Origin: Chthoniobacterales bacterium
GTDB taxonomy: Bacteria > Verrucomicrobiota > Verrucomicrobiia > Chthoniobacterales > Chthoniobacteraceae
Direction of reading: 5' to 3'
Length of the DNA: 64,000 nt
Assembly: GCA_038207335.1 (NCBI GenBank)
Contig: JBBQZX010000025.1
Span: 25,772-89,771 of the forward strand
Each line of letters begins with the position of its first letter. Position 1 is the first letter of the stretch. The notes beneath the pieces were generated by a model. That model ran no database searches, had not been told where the DNA came from, and saw nothing but the letters and a program-made list of their open reading frames with translations. The position numbers were made by a program, and so were the translations under genes. Below are positions 9,836-22,647 of this stretch, in pieces.

Positions 9836-12628
9836 TCAAAATGTCTTGAGCAGTTCGATGACTGCTTCTTTGTCCGCGTCCGTCATCGATTTGAAGGAGT
9901 CGAAGTAATGCCCCTTGTCCATGACGAAGTCTGGGCAGCGGCTGACCTTCATGAGTTCGGGAGCTATTTTCTCCCGCATGAGTTTTTGCGCTGCTTCCTC
10001 CGAAAGATGTCGGGACTCGATCTGTGCCAACGTCACGAGCGTGTCCTTGAATGTCCCCCTCAATAGCTTCGGATCGGCGTCCGGGTTGAGATTCGCAAGG
10101 AGACTGACGGGGGTGCCTTTTGGAATAGGCCCCAACCGCAAGTCGCCGAGCTTGCCACCGAGGAAGTAGAGGAACAATCCGACGAGCAACGCCGCAAAGA
10201 TCGAGATGTAACCCAGCCATCGGCAGCGTCTCGCAGCTAAGAAGCAAACGAATGCAACAATCAAGAGCACAGCACTCGGAACCCAAAGCCAGCGGTTCCA
10301 CTTCTTCAACCGGGGGAGATAACCTTTCAAGTGCATCAATCCCGGCAATTTCGCGACGATTGCTGGAACTTGCTCGGCGGGTAGAGTGAGGTAGGTCACG
10401 TCTGATGTGCGCCAGATGAGACCGTGGTCGCGCTTTAGCCGTTCCGGCGTGGCGTCGTTGTAGCTCGAGCCGCTCGTGCGCGGTGTGAGCAGAAGCAGCT
10501 TGCGCATCGCATCTTCAAACGCGTCCAGACGTCCATCGAGTGAAGGATCTCCTGTATAGAGTCCGAGGCTGTTGTTGTGCAGCAACGGCGCTGTGGCCCA
10601 CACGGAGATGAGAGATGGGACGCGATAGAATCCAACGCCGCCGCCGCCGTCGGGAGCTAGATTGGTCTTGTGACGCGGCGTGTAGGTTTCCTCCTTGTCT
10701 TGGAAAGGGTCGAAGTAGCTGATCGCCCCGACCGCTGGCATCTGTTGGTAGCTGTTCGATGTAAAGTCTTCCCATATGTGCCCGTGAATCCCATTAGTCG
10801 CGACCGCGCGCTGAGAGTTGGTACGCACGATGGTCACCGGGATGCGGTAGTCGGTGGAGAGATAGTTATCGCGCCAGAACTCCGGTTTTTCCACCTGCTC
10901 AGCCGCCCATGACTGATACTCCGGATCTTCGATCCAGTGATTTGGATTGTGGTCCCACGGCTCACCTTTCGCCGCCCAGTCGGCGAGTTCCTGCTGTCTC
11001 GGGGGAGGCTGGATGCTGGAGTGACACACGACACACTGCCCGGCGAAGACTTTGCGACCCAAGGCGAGCTTTGAGACGTCGATGTGGCGCGCGCGCACGG
11101 TGCGATCGTTGCCCGCGGCTTTGGAAGCCTTGTCGCCACCGCCATTTGCCGCGAGCAGCGGCATAGGAGACGTGATCTTCAAGAAGTAATCGCGAAGCGG
11201 CGCGACACGTTCCTGCGTGGCCTGCCAATAGACGGAGTGCGCTGCGCAGTCGCTGATTAGGAAGGGGCTCTGCGGCTGGAATCCGACCAACGGGCGGTGC
11301 AGGCGCGTCCACTGCTCCCAGTAGGTTCCGATGTTCAGATAGACCCGTGCCAATGCACCCCATGCGCCGATCGAATCCGCGCCGTCGAGAAGAACCCGCG
11401 GCACGGGTCGCGTGGTGCTATTCGACTTGCCCAACGGCTCGAGAAGCTGCGCGGCACCCAGCTTATCCCACAAATCTTTGGGCACTTTGTCGTTCTTCGT
11501 TGGATCGAGAAAGTCGAGCTCGCCTGTCTGCGGATTGCGCTGCCAGACATGCGCTGGGGCATTCGCGGGGAGATGCTCGGTTGGGTTGCCCCAAACGCCG
11601 GGCTGTGTCGCGCTGGCGTGCGAGATACCCTCAGGAGGATTGACCAATGCTCTTACGACTCGCTGCGGTAGGGCAAAGATCGCGTTCATCGCGTTCGGAT
11701 TGCTGATGTTATCCGAGGCGATGAGCGAGGTATCGACAGTGCCGGGCGGTTGGCTGTCGAGCAGGTGATAGACGAAGTTGTCCCGCGGCAGCAGGTTGCC
11801 AAAGATCGCGCGCACGCGGAGATACTGCGCGCCGATGTTGCCTGAAATATTTTCCCAGCGCGGCTCGGCGACGTTTGGGGGGGGATTCAGCGGGTGGAAG
11901 GAGGCGTGGCAGAAAGCGCAACTCATCCCAACGCGATACGGGCGCACGAGCGACGGATCATTATAGTAGCTTGGATCCTCATAGTATCGCTTCGCATCCC
12001 ACTCCTTCTCGGCTTTCGCAAAGTTTGGATTGTTAAAGATTCGGAGTCCTATGACGCCGCTTGATCGACCGTAGATTTTCTCTGGAATGTCGTTCGCGCT
12101 CCCGCCGGTTGGCACGTCGATCCACAGACCGTATCGATCGGGCGCCTGCGCTTCCTGCATTCCCGGCTCATTGATGATTCCCGCGCTTTTGAAACGCGTC
12201 GCGCGTATGCGACTATCGACAAGTTTCAACAGGTCGGTGAAGCCGTAGCTATTGCCCGCTAACCAGTCCCAGAAGCCTTCATTCCCACCGCACCAAAGCA
12301 TCCACGTGTTGCGTCCGAGGATTTCGTTCGGGGTCTCGACGGGGTCGCGGAGAGTCCCCGGCACGGTGGCGGGTGCCTTGTCGAGGAATTGATAGACCGG
12401 CAGCGGCTCTGCGCTTGCGCTCGCGGTGATGTCCATGCCTTTCAGGAAGTTGGACTTCTCCTTCGTCACTTCATATCGGAAGTAACTCGCGTCCCATCCA
12501 CTCGCTTTTGCCTCGTCGTCCGGCGCGCCCGCCGCCGTCGGGTGATCCGCGCGATGACAGCCGTCCAATAGCAAAACCATGACGATAAGAGCGAAATGGC
12601 GAGCGGCTGCGCGGGGTGACATTGGCAA
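9836..12628 (-). CDS. Large di-heme c-type cytochrome lipoprotein (RoxA/bCcP-like), function unknown
   Basis: Lipobox-like LLLDGC, two CxxCH motifs (CAFCH, CVVCH), YRVPSLISVWATAPLLHNNS and two hydrophobic helices near the C-terminus. Confidence 0.7.
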   Translation of the reverse strand: MPMSPRAAARHFALIVMVLLLDGCHRADHPTAAGAPDDEAKASGWDASYFRYEVTKEKSNFLKGMDITASASAEPLPVYQFLDKAPATVPGTLRDPVETPNEILGRNTWMLWCGGNEGFWDWLAGNSYGFTDLLKLVDSRIRATRFKSAGIINEPGMQEAQAPDRYGLWIDVPTGGSANDIPEKIYGRSSGVIGLRIFNNPNFAKAEKEWDAKRYYEDPSYYNDPSLVRPYRVGMSCAFCHASFHPLNPPPNVAEPRWENISGNIGAQYLRVRAIFGNLLPRDNFVYHLLDSQPPGTVDTSLIASDNISNPNAMNAIFALPQRVVRALVNPPEGISHASATQPGVWGNPTEHLPANAPAHVWQRNPQTGELDFLDPTKNDKVPKDLWDKLGAAQLLEPLGKSNSTTRPVPRVLLDGADSIGAWGALARVYLNIGTYWEQWTRLHRPLVGFQPQSPFLISDCAAHSVYWQATQERVAPLRDYFLKITSPMPLLAANGGGDKASKAAGNDRTVRARHIDVSKLALGRKVFAGQCVVCHSSIQPPPRQQELADWAAKGEPWDHNPNHWIEDPEYQSWAAEQVEKPEFWRDNYLSTDYRIPVTIVRTNSQRAVATNGIHGHIWEDFTSNSYQQMPAVGAISYFDPFQDKEETYTPRHKTNLAPDGGGGVGFYRVPSLISVWATAPLLHNNSLGLYTGDPSLDGRLDAFEDAMRKLLLLTPRTSGSSYNDATPERLKRDHGLIWRTSDVTYLTLPAEQVPAIVAKLPGLMHLKGYLPRLKKWNRWLWVPSAVLLIVAFVCFLAARRCRWLGYISIFAALLVGLFLYFLGGKLGDLRLGPIPKGTPVSLLANLNPDADPKLLRGTFKDTLVTLAQIESRHLSEEAAQKLMREKIAPELMKVSRCPDFVMDKGHYFDSFKSMTDADKEAVIELLKTF

Positions 12629-12809
12629 AAGAGGAGCGCCGCCCGCGGACCAACTTTCCCCACGAGGCTGGCGGATGATTTCTAGGCAGCCGCGCGCCGC
12701 CCGTAAATAGGTGGAATCACCCTACGCTGCGAGTGACGGAAATGAGGAACTCGCACAACGTTTCGTCTCGTTGCCTAATCCGCGCGAACTTCCAGGATTC
12801 GTTTTTTCG

Positions 12810-14141
12810 GTGACCTTCCAATCCACATTCACTCGCCTCGCGGCTACTTTCGCGGCGCTGCTTTGGGCACCGTCTGCGCCCGCCGCGCCGGTGAGCTTTC
12901 GCGACGATGTCGCGCCGCTACTCCATCGGCGCTGTGGGGCGTGTCACGGCGAAGAGAGCGCGAAAGGCGGTTACCGGCTCGACACTTTCGCGCGAATGGC
13001 GAAGGCGGGAGACAGTGAACTGCCATCACTCGTGCCGGGCAAATCGGGGGACTCCGGGCTGTATAATCTTCTCGTAGAGTCCGATGCAAACGACCGGATG
13101 CCTCAGAAAGCCGAAGCGCTGCCTGCCACCGAAATCGCACTCGTGCGCCGCTGGATCGACGAAGGCGCGACGCTCGATGGGGGTAAGCCGGAGACGCCGC
13201 TCGTGGAATTTGCGCGCGCGACTTTACTCCGGCCCGCGCCGGGAAAATACGCACATCCAGCACCCGTCACCGCGCTCGCATTCAGCCCGGATGGCACACA
13301 GCTCGCCGTCTCGGGCTACTACGAAGTGACGCTGTGGGACGTGGCTACGGGCGCGCTAGCGCGCCGCATCGGAGGACTGCCGGAGCGCATCACCTCGATC
13401 GCGTGGAGTGGAAAAGCGAACCTCCTCGCAGTCGCCGGAGGCTCGCCTGCGCAGTGGGGCACGGTCGCGATGGTCGATCCGGGGAGCGACTTTGCGGTGC
13501 GTCTGCTGTGTGACCTTTCCGAGACGGCACTGAGCGTCGCGTTTAGCCCCGACGGCTCTCGGCTGGCGGCCGGCTGCGGTGACCGGACGATTCGCTTTTT
13601 TGACGCAAATAGCGGCAAGCAGACCCGAGTGCTGCGACAGCACGCCGACTGGGTTCAGACGGTCGCGTTCAACTTCGACGGGAGCAGCGTCATCTCGGCC
13701 AGTCGCGACCGCACGGTGCGCCTCTTTAACGCCGCGACAGGCGAACTCGCAGCGACCGACGCCGAGCACGATGCCGCTGTGCTCGTGGCGGCATTTTCGT
13801 CGAGCGGCTCGCAGGTTTTCTCGATGGAAAAAGGGGCTTCGGTGCGGTTTTCGGAACTCGATTTCGACAAGCCGAAAAAGATCGAAATCGGCGCGCCGCT
13901 GCAGACGCTCGCGCTGGCACCCTCGGGCGTGGTCACGGGCGATGCGCGGGGAGTCGTGCGGGTGAATCAGCTCGCCGATCGGAAGCAGCTTTTTGCGCTG
14001 ATGGGGCACGAAGATTCCATCGATGCGCTAGCGGTGTGCAGCTCGGGAAAAATCGCGAGCGGCAGCCACGACGGCGTCGTGTGCATCTGGGATTTGGCCT
14101 GCGGAACGTGGACGCAGCGGTTCATCGCCAGCCCGCTGTAG
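12810..14141 (+). CDS. Planctomycete-type cytochrome c domain + WD40 repeat protein
   Basis: Signal peptide, VSFRDDVAPLL...CGACHG...GGYRLD...RMP...WIDEGA, then repeated AFSPDG / DRT(I/V)R WD40 units. Confidence 0.85.
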   Translation: MTFQSTFTRLAATFAALLWAPSAPAAPVSFRDDVAPLLHRRCGACHGEESAKGGYRLDTFARMAKAGDSELPSLVPGKSGDSGLYNLLVESDANDRMPQKAEALPATEIALVRRWIDEGATLDGGKPETPLVEFARATLLRPAPGKYAHPAPVTALAFSPDGTQLAVSGYYEVTLWDVATGALARRIGGLPERITSIAWSGKANLLAVAGGSPAQWGTVAMVDPGSDFAVRLLCDLSETALSVAFSPDGSRLAAGCGDRTIRFFDANSGKQTRVLRQHADWVQTVAFNFDGSSVISASRDRTVRLFNAATGELAATDAEHDAAVLVAAFSSSGSQVFSMEKGASVRFSELDFDKPKKIEIGAPLQTLALAPSGVVTGDARGVVRVNQLADRKQLFALMGHEDSIDALAVCSSGKIASGSHDGVVCIWDLACGTWTQRFIASPL

Positions 14142-14153
14142 CCACGACCCCGG

Positions 14154-16919
<2,766 letters not shown>

Positions 16920-17025
16920 AGATTTAGCAAGTCCAAAGCCCGCGACCTTTCAGAGTTTAGCCCGAAAATCGAACGGCGTGCTCCAGAGTCATGGAACACG
17001 CCGTTGCGAGAAAAGTTGGCGGCGC

Positions 17026-17325
17026 TCAGAGCCCCGGGATCGCCGGTGCCATCGGCGCGGCTCCTGCGCCCGGATCGGCCGGCAGCGCAGCCTCGCCCAT
17101 CGCGGGAGGCGGCAGACCGAGCGCGTCCGGCGCGGGTGCGAGATTGCCGGGAGCGGCATCGAGCGGCGTGATCGGCTCATCGATTTTCGTCGGCTTCGGC
17201 GGCGGCGGGACGAACCGGTTGCGACGGTTCGAATACATGTCGCTGTAAATGGTTTTGCAGCCGGTCAGCGTGACGGCGACGACGAGGAGGAGGAGAAAGC
17301 AACGGGATGGGCGGGACATGCGCAT
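17026..17325 (-). CDS. Small proline-rich lipoprotein
   Basis: Basic N-terminus, hydrophobic core, LTGC lipobox and Pro/Ala-rich tail. Confidence 0.65.
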   Translation of the reverse strand: MRMSRPSRCFLLLLVVAVTLTGCKTIYSDMYSNRRNRFVPPPPKPTKIDEPITPLDAAPGNLAPAPDALGLPPPAMGEAALPADPGAGAAPMAPAIPGL

Positions 17326-17512
17326 CGTTATTGTGATGCGCTCGCGCCTCGTCAACTCCACTCGTGCGCAAAGTGGAAAAATGTGGCGCTTTGGGAGCCG
17401 GGATCGGTGAGCACGCCAGCGCGCACCCCTCAGGAATTTCTCCATTCTCCCTAAAACGCCGACTTGCGCGCGCGTGAGATCGACGATCTTGGCTTACGCG
17501 CGCTCCTCCCGC

Positions 17513-17546
17513 AAAAAGCGAAAGGCGCGATTTCTCGCGCCTTTCG
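17513..17546 (-). terminator. Intrinsic terminator
   Basis: 12-bp stem CGAAAGGCGCGA/TCGCGCCTTTCG with a T-run on the minus strand, downstream of 17574..19040. Confidence 0.75.
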
Positions 17547-17573
17547 GAAAACTGCTCGGAACGAAGCGCGATG

Positions 17574-19040
17574 CTACTTCGTCGTCGGCATGTAACGGTA
17601 GAAAACCTCGAGCATCAGCACGCACAGCGTAGTACGGTAGTAGGGACCCGCGCCCTCACCTTTGGTCTGCAACTCACCGCCTGCGCCCCCTTTTCCACCG
17701 ATCGGTGGCCAGGAGCCATCGGGGCTCTGGTTGTCGGCAATCTCATCCTGAAACATCCGATTCCACGTGCTCCACGCGGTACCGCCATACATTAGGCATG
17801 CCTGCGTATTGTAGTACCACGCGTAGAGATTCGCGGTGTCCGCTTTGTATTTCACCGGTTGCTCCTTCTTGCTCTGTTCGAGCATGAACTCGATGCCTTC
17901 CTTCACGACCTTGTCCTTGTCCTGCTTCCAGAAATAGGTGCACAGCACGCCGACGCCCGTGAGGCTGTAGCGATCCTCTGCTTTGCGGTATCCAAAGCCG
18001 CCTTTCGGCCCCTGCACGCGCTTGAGATCCAGCATCGCTTTGTCGAGCGCTTCGTCCACGCCTTTGATCCCGAGACCGGTGAGATGCGCCGCTTTCAACG
18101 CCTGAATCTCCCATCCGCTCACCGAGGTGTCGCTGTCGGGACCTTTGGTGAAGCCGTATTGCCAGCCGCCGTCTGGTGCCTGTCCATCGACGATGTAGCC
18201 CACCGCCTGCTTGAGCAGATCGATGTAACGATCATCCTTCGTCATCGTGTAATATTCGCCCATCGCGTAGGTGGCGATGCCGTGCTCATAGACGCCCGCG
18301 TTGCCGCCCCAGCCGTCATTCGTGAGCGACATGCGGCCCTGAAATTGCGTGCCTTCTTTCAAAAGCCAATCGAGTCCCTTCTTCACCGTCGGCCCGAACT
18401 CCACGGACTCCGGCGTCTCCCCGTGCCCAAGGAAGCAGAGGATCGCAAGGCCCGTCATTGCGGGCTTGTGCTCGCCGGCCCACGATCCGTCCTCGCTCTG
18501 ATGCTGCTTCAGCCAGCGCAGGCCAGCCATCACGGCTTTCTCGCTCTTGTCTTTGCCGTTGTTTTTCGACATCGCCATCATCCGCGCCGTGCCGCCCGCG
18601 CGTCCGGCCATCGTCGCCGGGAGGCCCTTGCCGCCGGCTCCGCCGCTGAGGCTTTTCGGCATTTCGACCATCTTGACGTCACCGATCGCCTTCATCACGG
18701 GCATCGGTGCGGCGGCCATCTGAAATGAAGTCGCCACGGTCGTCGTGCTCGTGATCGCATTGACGCTCGGCGCGCTGACGGACGGCTGCTCCGGCGTGAA
18801 TGTCTGCGGGGTGAGTTCCGGCTGTTGCGGTGGCGGTTCGGATGAAGTTTCGTTGCCGACGATGCCACCCGTCGAAGTGAAGTCGGGCGGCTCGACGTAG
18901 GCTTTGAAGAGCACGACGCTCCCGCCGACGATGACGAGGATGACGTGGAGCAGCAGCGAAAACGTGAAGAATCGCGACGCCGCGAGTCTTTCTTGGATGC
19001 GCCGGGTGAGCGGTTTTTTGGGGGCTTCGTCCATGTTCAT
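17574..19040 (-). CDS. Membrane-anchored prenyltransferase/squalene-hopene-cyclase-repeat protein
   Basis: N-terminal TM (SLLLHVIL), Pro/Thr linker and QW-type repeats (WLKQHQSEDGSW, QAPDGGWQY, QSPDGSW). Confidence 0.8.
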   Translation of the reverse strand: MNMDEAPKKPLTRRIQERLAASRFFTFSLLLHVILVIVGGSVVLFKAYVEPPDFTSTGGIVGNETSSEPPPQQPELTPQTFTPEQPSVSAPSVNAITSTTTVATSFQMAAAPMPVMKAIGDVKMVEMPKSLSGGAGGKGLPATMAGRAGGTARMMAMSKNNGKDKSEKAVMAGLRWLKQHQSEDGSWAGEHKPAMTGLAILCFLGHGETPESVEFGPTVKKGLDWLLKEGTQFQGRMSLTNDGWGGNAGVYEHGIATYAMGEYYTMTKDDRYIDLLKQAVGYIVDGQAPDGGWQYGFTKGPDSDTSVSGWEIQALKAAHLTGLGIKGVDEALDKAMLDLKRVQGPKGGFGYRKAEDRYSLTGVGVLCTYFWKQDKDKVVKEGIEFMLEQSKKEQPVKYKADTANLYAWYYNTQACLMYGGTAWSTWNRMFQDEIADNQSPDGSWPPIGGKGGAGGELQTKGEGAGPYYRTTLCVLMLEVFYRYMPTTK

Positions 19041-19191
19041 AAGGAATAGGTTTTGAGGGTTGGTGTCAATGACTGGCGACGGCGTATGCGAGTTGTTTTC
19101 GAGTGCGAATCACTGAGCGATACGGCGGGGGCGCGCGGGTTATTAGAAGGTGGGATTACCTTTCGCGAATCCGGCTCCGGGGAATCGCCAC

Positions 19192-19662
19192 TCACCCGAC
19201 CAGCTTCGCCTCGTGCTTTGCCAGCACTTTCACGAAATCCGCCGACGTCTTCGCCGCGCGCAATTCCGCCTCCGAATCCGGCTGCCGCAACACACGTGAA
19301 AGCAGGCCAATGATTCGCAAATATTCGGAATCAAGCGCAGGCGGGAGGCCGATGCAGAAAAAATACCGGATTGGCCGCGCGCAGCCCGGGAACAAGATTC
19401 CCGGCTCGACGCGTCCGGCGCTCATCACCATGCCGGTCACCGCGACGGTGCGCGCGTGCGGCAGGCAAATCTCGAACTCGCAGCCCGCCTCCGCGGCGCA
19501 CGGCGCGGCGGCTCGCAGCGCGGCGGAGAGTTTCGCGAAATCCACAACCTCCTCGTCATTCCGCAGCAGCTCGATCACTTCCCCGATCGCCCCATCCGCT
19601 GAATCCGCGGACAGCCCGAGCACCACATTTTCCGGCAGCATGGTCTCCGAGATCGTAATCAT
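19192..19662 (-). CDS. PTS EIIA (fructose/nitrogen-type) domain protein
   Basis: ICLPHART phospho-His motif, MVMSAGR, YLRIIGLLSR. Confidence 0.8.
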   Translation of the reverse strand: MITISETMLPENVVLGLSADSADGAIGEVIELLRNDEEVVDFAKLSAALRAAAPCAAEAGCEFEICLPHARTVAVTGMVMSAGRVEPGILFPGCARPIRYFFCIGLPPALDSEYLRIIGLLSRVLRQPDSEAELRAAKTSADFVKVLAKHEAKLVG

Positions 19663-20525
19663 ACGGCAGTCCCACTCAGCTTCAATTTCTGCCGAAGCAC
19701 CTCGAAAAAGCTCATCCCCGGCAGCATCGCAAGCGAGAGCCGATGCGGCGCCTTCGTCACGCGAATCCTGTCCCCTGGCTGCACGCGGGTCGCCGCCTGC
19801 CCGTCGAGAGTGAGGAAAATTTCGCTATGATCCCGCGACGGCGCGATCTCGATCGCGGATGCATCGCTCACGATCATTGGCCGCATCGTGAGCACATGCG
19901 GGCAGATCGGCGTGATGACGAAAACGCCGCTGTTCGGCGTCAGCACAGGCCCCCCAGCGCTCAGCGAATACGCCGTCGAACCCGTCGGCGTCGCCACGAT
20001 GAGCCCGTCGGCGTTGTATTCGGAAAAGTTCACGCCATCGATCAATACGTCGATTTTGATGAGTCGCGAAAGTTCGCCACGGCTCACGACCGCGTCGTTC
20101 AGCGCCGTCTCCGCGAGCACGATTTTCCCGTCGCGCCACAGTTCCACCGCGAGCAGCGCCCGCTCGCTGAGCCTGTAATTTCCAGCCTCCAGCGCCGACA
20201 CCGCACCCTCCCAATCTGCAGAGCTTACCGACGTGAGGAAGCCGAGCGATCCGATATTGATCCCGAAAATCGGCGGCAGCCGGTGCGACAACTCATGCAC
20301 GACCTGCAGCAGCGTCCCGTCGCCACCGAGCACGATGAGCAGCTCGCACTTTTCAGCCATGTCGCCCGTCGTAGCGGAGGAGGTTGCGCCGATCAGCGCC
20401 GCCGTTCTTTTCTCGAGCAAAATCTCGCGTCCATGCCGTGTGAATGCTGTGCACAGGCTGCGCGCCAGCTCGGTCGCGCCCGGCTTTCCCGCGTTCGCGA
20501 TCAGACCGAATGCGCGCGCAGACAT
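19659..20525 (-). CDS. nadK: NAD+ kinase
   Basis: LGGDGTLL, GINIGSLGFL, ALND, DGLIVATPTGSTAYSLSAGGP. Confidence 0.95.
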   Translation of the reverse strand: MSARAFGLIANAGKPGATELARSLCTAFTRHGREILLEKRTAALIGATSSATTGDMAEKCELLIVLGGDGTLLQVVHELSHRLPPIFGINIGSLGFLTSVSSADWEGAVSALEAGNYRLSERALLAVELWRDGKIVLAETALNDAVVSRGELSRLIKIDVLIDGVNFSEYNADGLIVATPTGSTAYSLSAGGPVLTPNSGVFVITPICPHVLTMRPMIVSDASAIEIAPSRDHSEIFLTLDGQAATRVQPGDRIRVTKAPHRLSLAMLPGMSFFEVLRQKLKLSGTAV

Positions 20526-21247
20526 GCGAGAAATTCCTTGTTCCCCTCCCCGCCGAGGATCGGCGATTCGATGCAGCCGAGCCACTCCCATCCGGGCGTT
20601 TCTTCGGTGAAAGTGCGGATTTTTTCAACCGCCCGCGCGTGCAGCGCAGCGTCACGCACGACTCCGCCGCGGCCGACTTCGTTTTTGCGAAGTTCAAATT
20701 GCGGCTTGATCAGCGGGACGATCACGCCGTCAGCACTCACCACTTCGCGCGCGGGCGGCAAGATCAAAGTCAGTGAGATAAACGACACATCGATCACGCA
20801 AATCGACGGCGCATCTGGCACGTCGGCGCGCGTAAGGTATCGCGCGTTCAGCTTTTCGCGAACGACCACGCGCGGATCGCTGCGAATCTTCCAGTCGAGC
20901 TGCGAATGTCCGACGTCGATCGCATACACTTTCGCCGCGCCGTGCTGCAGCAGGCAGTCCGTGAAGCCGCCGGTCGAGGCACCGATGTCGAGGCAGATTC
21001 TGTCCGCCGGCTCGATGGAAAATTCGCGCAACGCCGCCTCCAATTTCAACCCGCCGCGTCCGACGTATTTGTCCGCCGCTTTCACCGCGATCGCTGCGTC
21101 CTCGGCGACACGCGTGCCCGGTTTGTCGATCACATTTTCACCGACCGTCACGCTGCGGGCCATGATCGCACGCTGCGCTTTTTCGCGGCTCTCGCACAGC
21201 CCGCGCGCGACAAGTAATTGGTCGATACGGACTTTCGTCTGCGTCAC
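20501..21247 (-). CDS. tlyA: TlyA family rRNA 2'-O-methyltransferase
   Basis: S4 N-terminus, YVGRGGLKL, DIGASTGGFTDCLLQ, DVSFISL, LIKPQFE, GNKEFL. Confidence 0.95.
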   Translation of the reverse strand: MTQTKVRIDQLLVARGLCESREKAQRAIMARSVTVGENVIDKPGTRVAEDAAIAVKAADKYVGRGGLKLEAALREFSIEPADRICLDIGASTGGFTDCLLQHGAAKVYAIDVGHSQLDWKIRSDPRVVVREKLNARYLTRADVPDAPSICVIDVSFISLTLILPPAREVVSADGVIVPLIKPQFELRKNEVGRGGVVRDAALHARAVEKIRTFTEETPGWEWLGCIESPILGGEGNKEFLACLRAHSV

Positions 21248-22647
21248 GGGGAATACGGAACGGTGCCGTTTTTATCCACCACGTATCCGCGCTCTCGAAT
21301 GTATTTTTCGCCCGGGAGAAAAGCGTCGCCATTCGCGCGAAGCTTCTCCTGAAGCTGGTCCGCGAGCTTTTGGTGGATTTCGGCGGACAATTTTTCACCG
21401 ACGAGATTGTGCAACTGATACGGGTCGGCCTCGTTGTCGAAAAGCAGCCACGGTCCGTCGAGATCGCGGACGTAAGTGTAACGCGCCGTGCGGATACCCC
21501 GGTATTCTTTTCCGCCATTTCGCCGCTCGAATTCTCCAAAAGGCGCGACGCAAGTAATCACCGTTGCGCCGTCTCCCGGCGCCTCGCCGCCGCGCAAATA
21601 TCCGCTGAAATCGAGACCCTCGACGCTCTTTGGCGCAGACACTCCGGCGAGCCCGAGCAGGGTCGGCATCACGTCCTCGGAATTGATCGGCACGGTGAGT
21701 TCCTTCGCCTGCTTTCCGAGCCCTGCGGGCCAGCGAATCAGCATCGGCACCCGCGCGGATTCGTCCCACGGGCGTTGCTTTTTCCACTGTGCCTGCGAGC
21801 CGAGCATCGCGCCGTGGTCGGCGCTGAAAAGCAGGATCGTGTTCTCTTCCAGACCGCTTTTTCGAAGCGTCGCGAGGAGCTGGCCCATCGCATCGTCGAG
21901 CGCGGTGCAATGGGCATAGTATCCTGCGAGATTTTTCCGCGCCTCCGCCTCGACTTTCGCGGGAACATTTGGCCGCAGCGTGAGTCCGTCAGCCTGATAA
22001 AGCGCCCGATAGGCCGCCGGCGCAGTGAGGTAGGGATTGTGCGGCGGACCCCACGCGAGCCAGAGCAGAAATGGCTTCTCGGATTTCGCGTGCGCGTCGA
22101 GGTATTCGCAAGCGTCGCGGGTCTGCGCCAGCGCATCGTAGCCGTTCCAGAGCAGCTTCTCCGGGGCGTCGGCATAGTAGCTCGAGTGATTGTAGTCATG
22201 GGTGCACTCGAGCACTTTCCAGTAGTCGAAGCCCTGCCTCCGCTCACGCGGGATGAAGGCCGAGCGGCCATGCCCGTCGATGTGCCACTTGCCGATCGCG
22301 GCGGTGTCGTAGCCTTCGGCCTTCAGCGATTTCGGCAGCGTCGCAGCGTCAGGTGAAAGTGGCACGTCATTGAGGAAAACGCCGTGCGTGAGCGGGCGCT
22401 GGCCGGTGAGAAGCGACGCGCGCGTCGGCGAGCAGACGGGCATCCCGGCGACTGCATTCACCATCCGAATGCTCTCCGCCGCGAGCGCATCGAAATTTGG
22501 AGTTTTGACATTTGGATCGCCGGCGAATCCGAACGCCTGCTCCCGCCACTGGTCCGCGAGGACGACTACAATATTCGGCTTTTTCTCCGCACCGAAAAGG
22601 GTGCAAGCGGCGAGCAGCGAGGCGAATAGGAGGGCGTGAATTTTCAT
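21244..22647 (-). CDS. Exported Cys-type (formylglycine) sulfatase
   Basis: Signal peptide, PNIVVVLADQ, CSPTRASLLTG, GKWH, PPHNPY. Confidence 0.92.
   Translation of the reverse strand: MKIHALLFASLLAACTLFGAEKKPNIVVVLADQWREQAFGFAGDPNVKTPNFDALAAESIRMVNAVAGMPVCSPTRASLLTGQRPLTHGVFLNDVPLSPDAATLPKSLKAEGYDTAAIGKWHIDGHGRSAFIPRERRQGFDYWKVLECTHDYNHSSYYADAPEKLLWNGYDALAQTRDACEYLDAHAKSEKPFLLWLAWGPPHNPYLTAPAAYRALYQADGLTLRPNVPAKVEAEARKNLAGYYAHCTALDDAMGQLLATLRKSGLEENTILLFSADHGAMLGSQAQWKKQRPWDESARVPMLIRWPAGLGKQAKELTVPINSEDVMPTLLGLAGVSAPKSVEGLDFSGYLRGGEAPGDGATVITCVAPFGEFERRNGGKEYRGIRTARYTYVRDLDGPWLLFDNEADPYQLHNLVGEKLSAEIHQKLADQLQEKLRANGDAFLPGEKYIRERGYVVDKNGTVPYSP

Noticed and set aside
19743..21557. 604-aa + strand ORF
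   Set aside because: Antisense shadow of nadK, tlyA and the sulfatase; no motifs. Such ORFs are expected in high-GC DNA.
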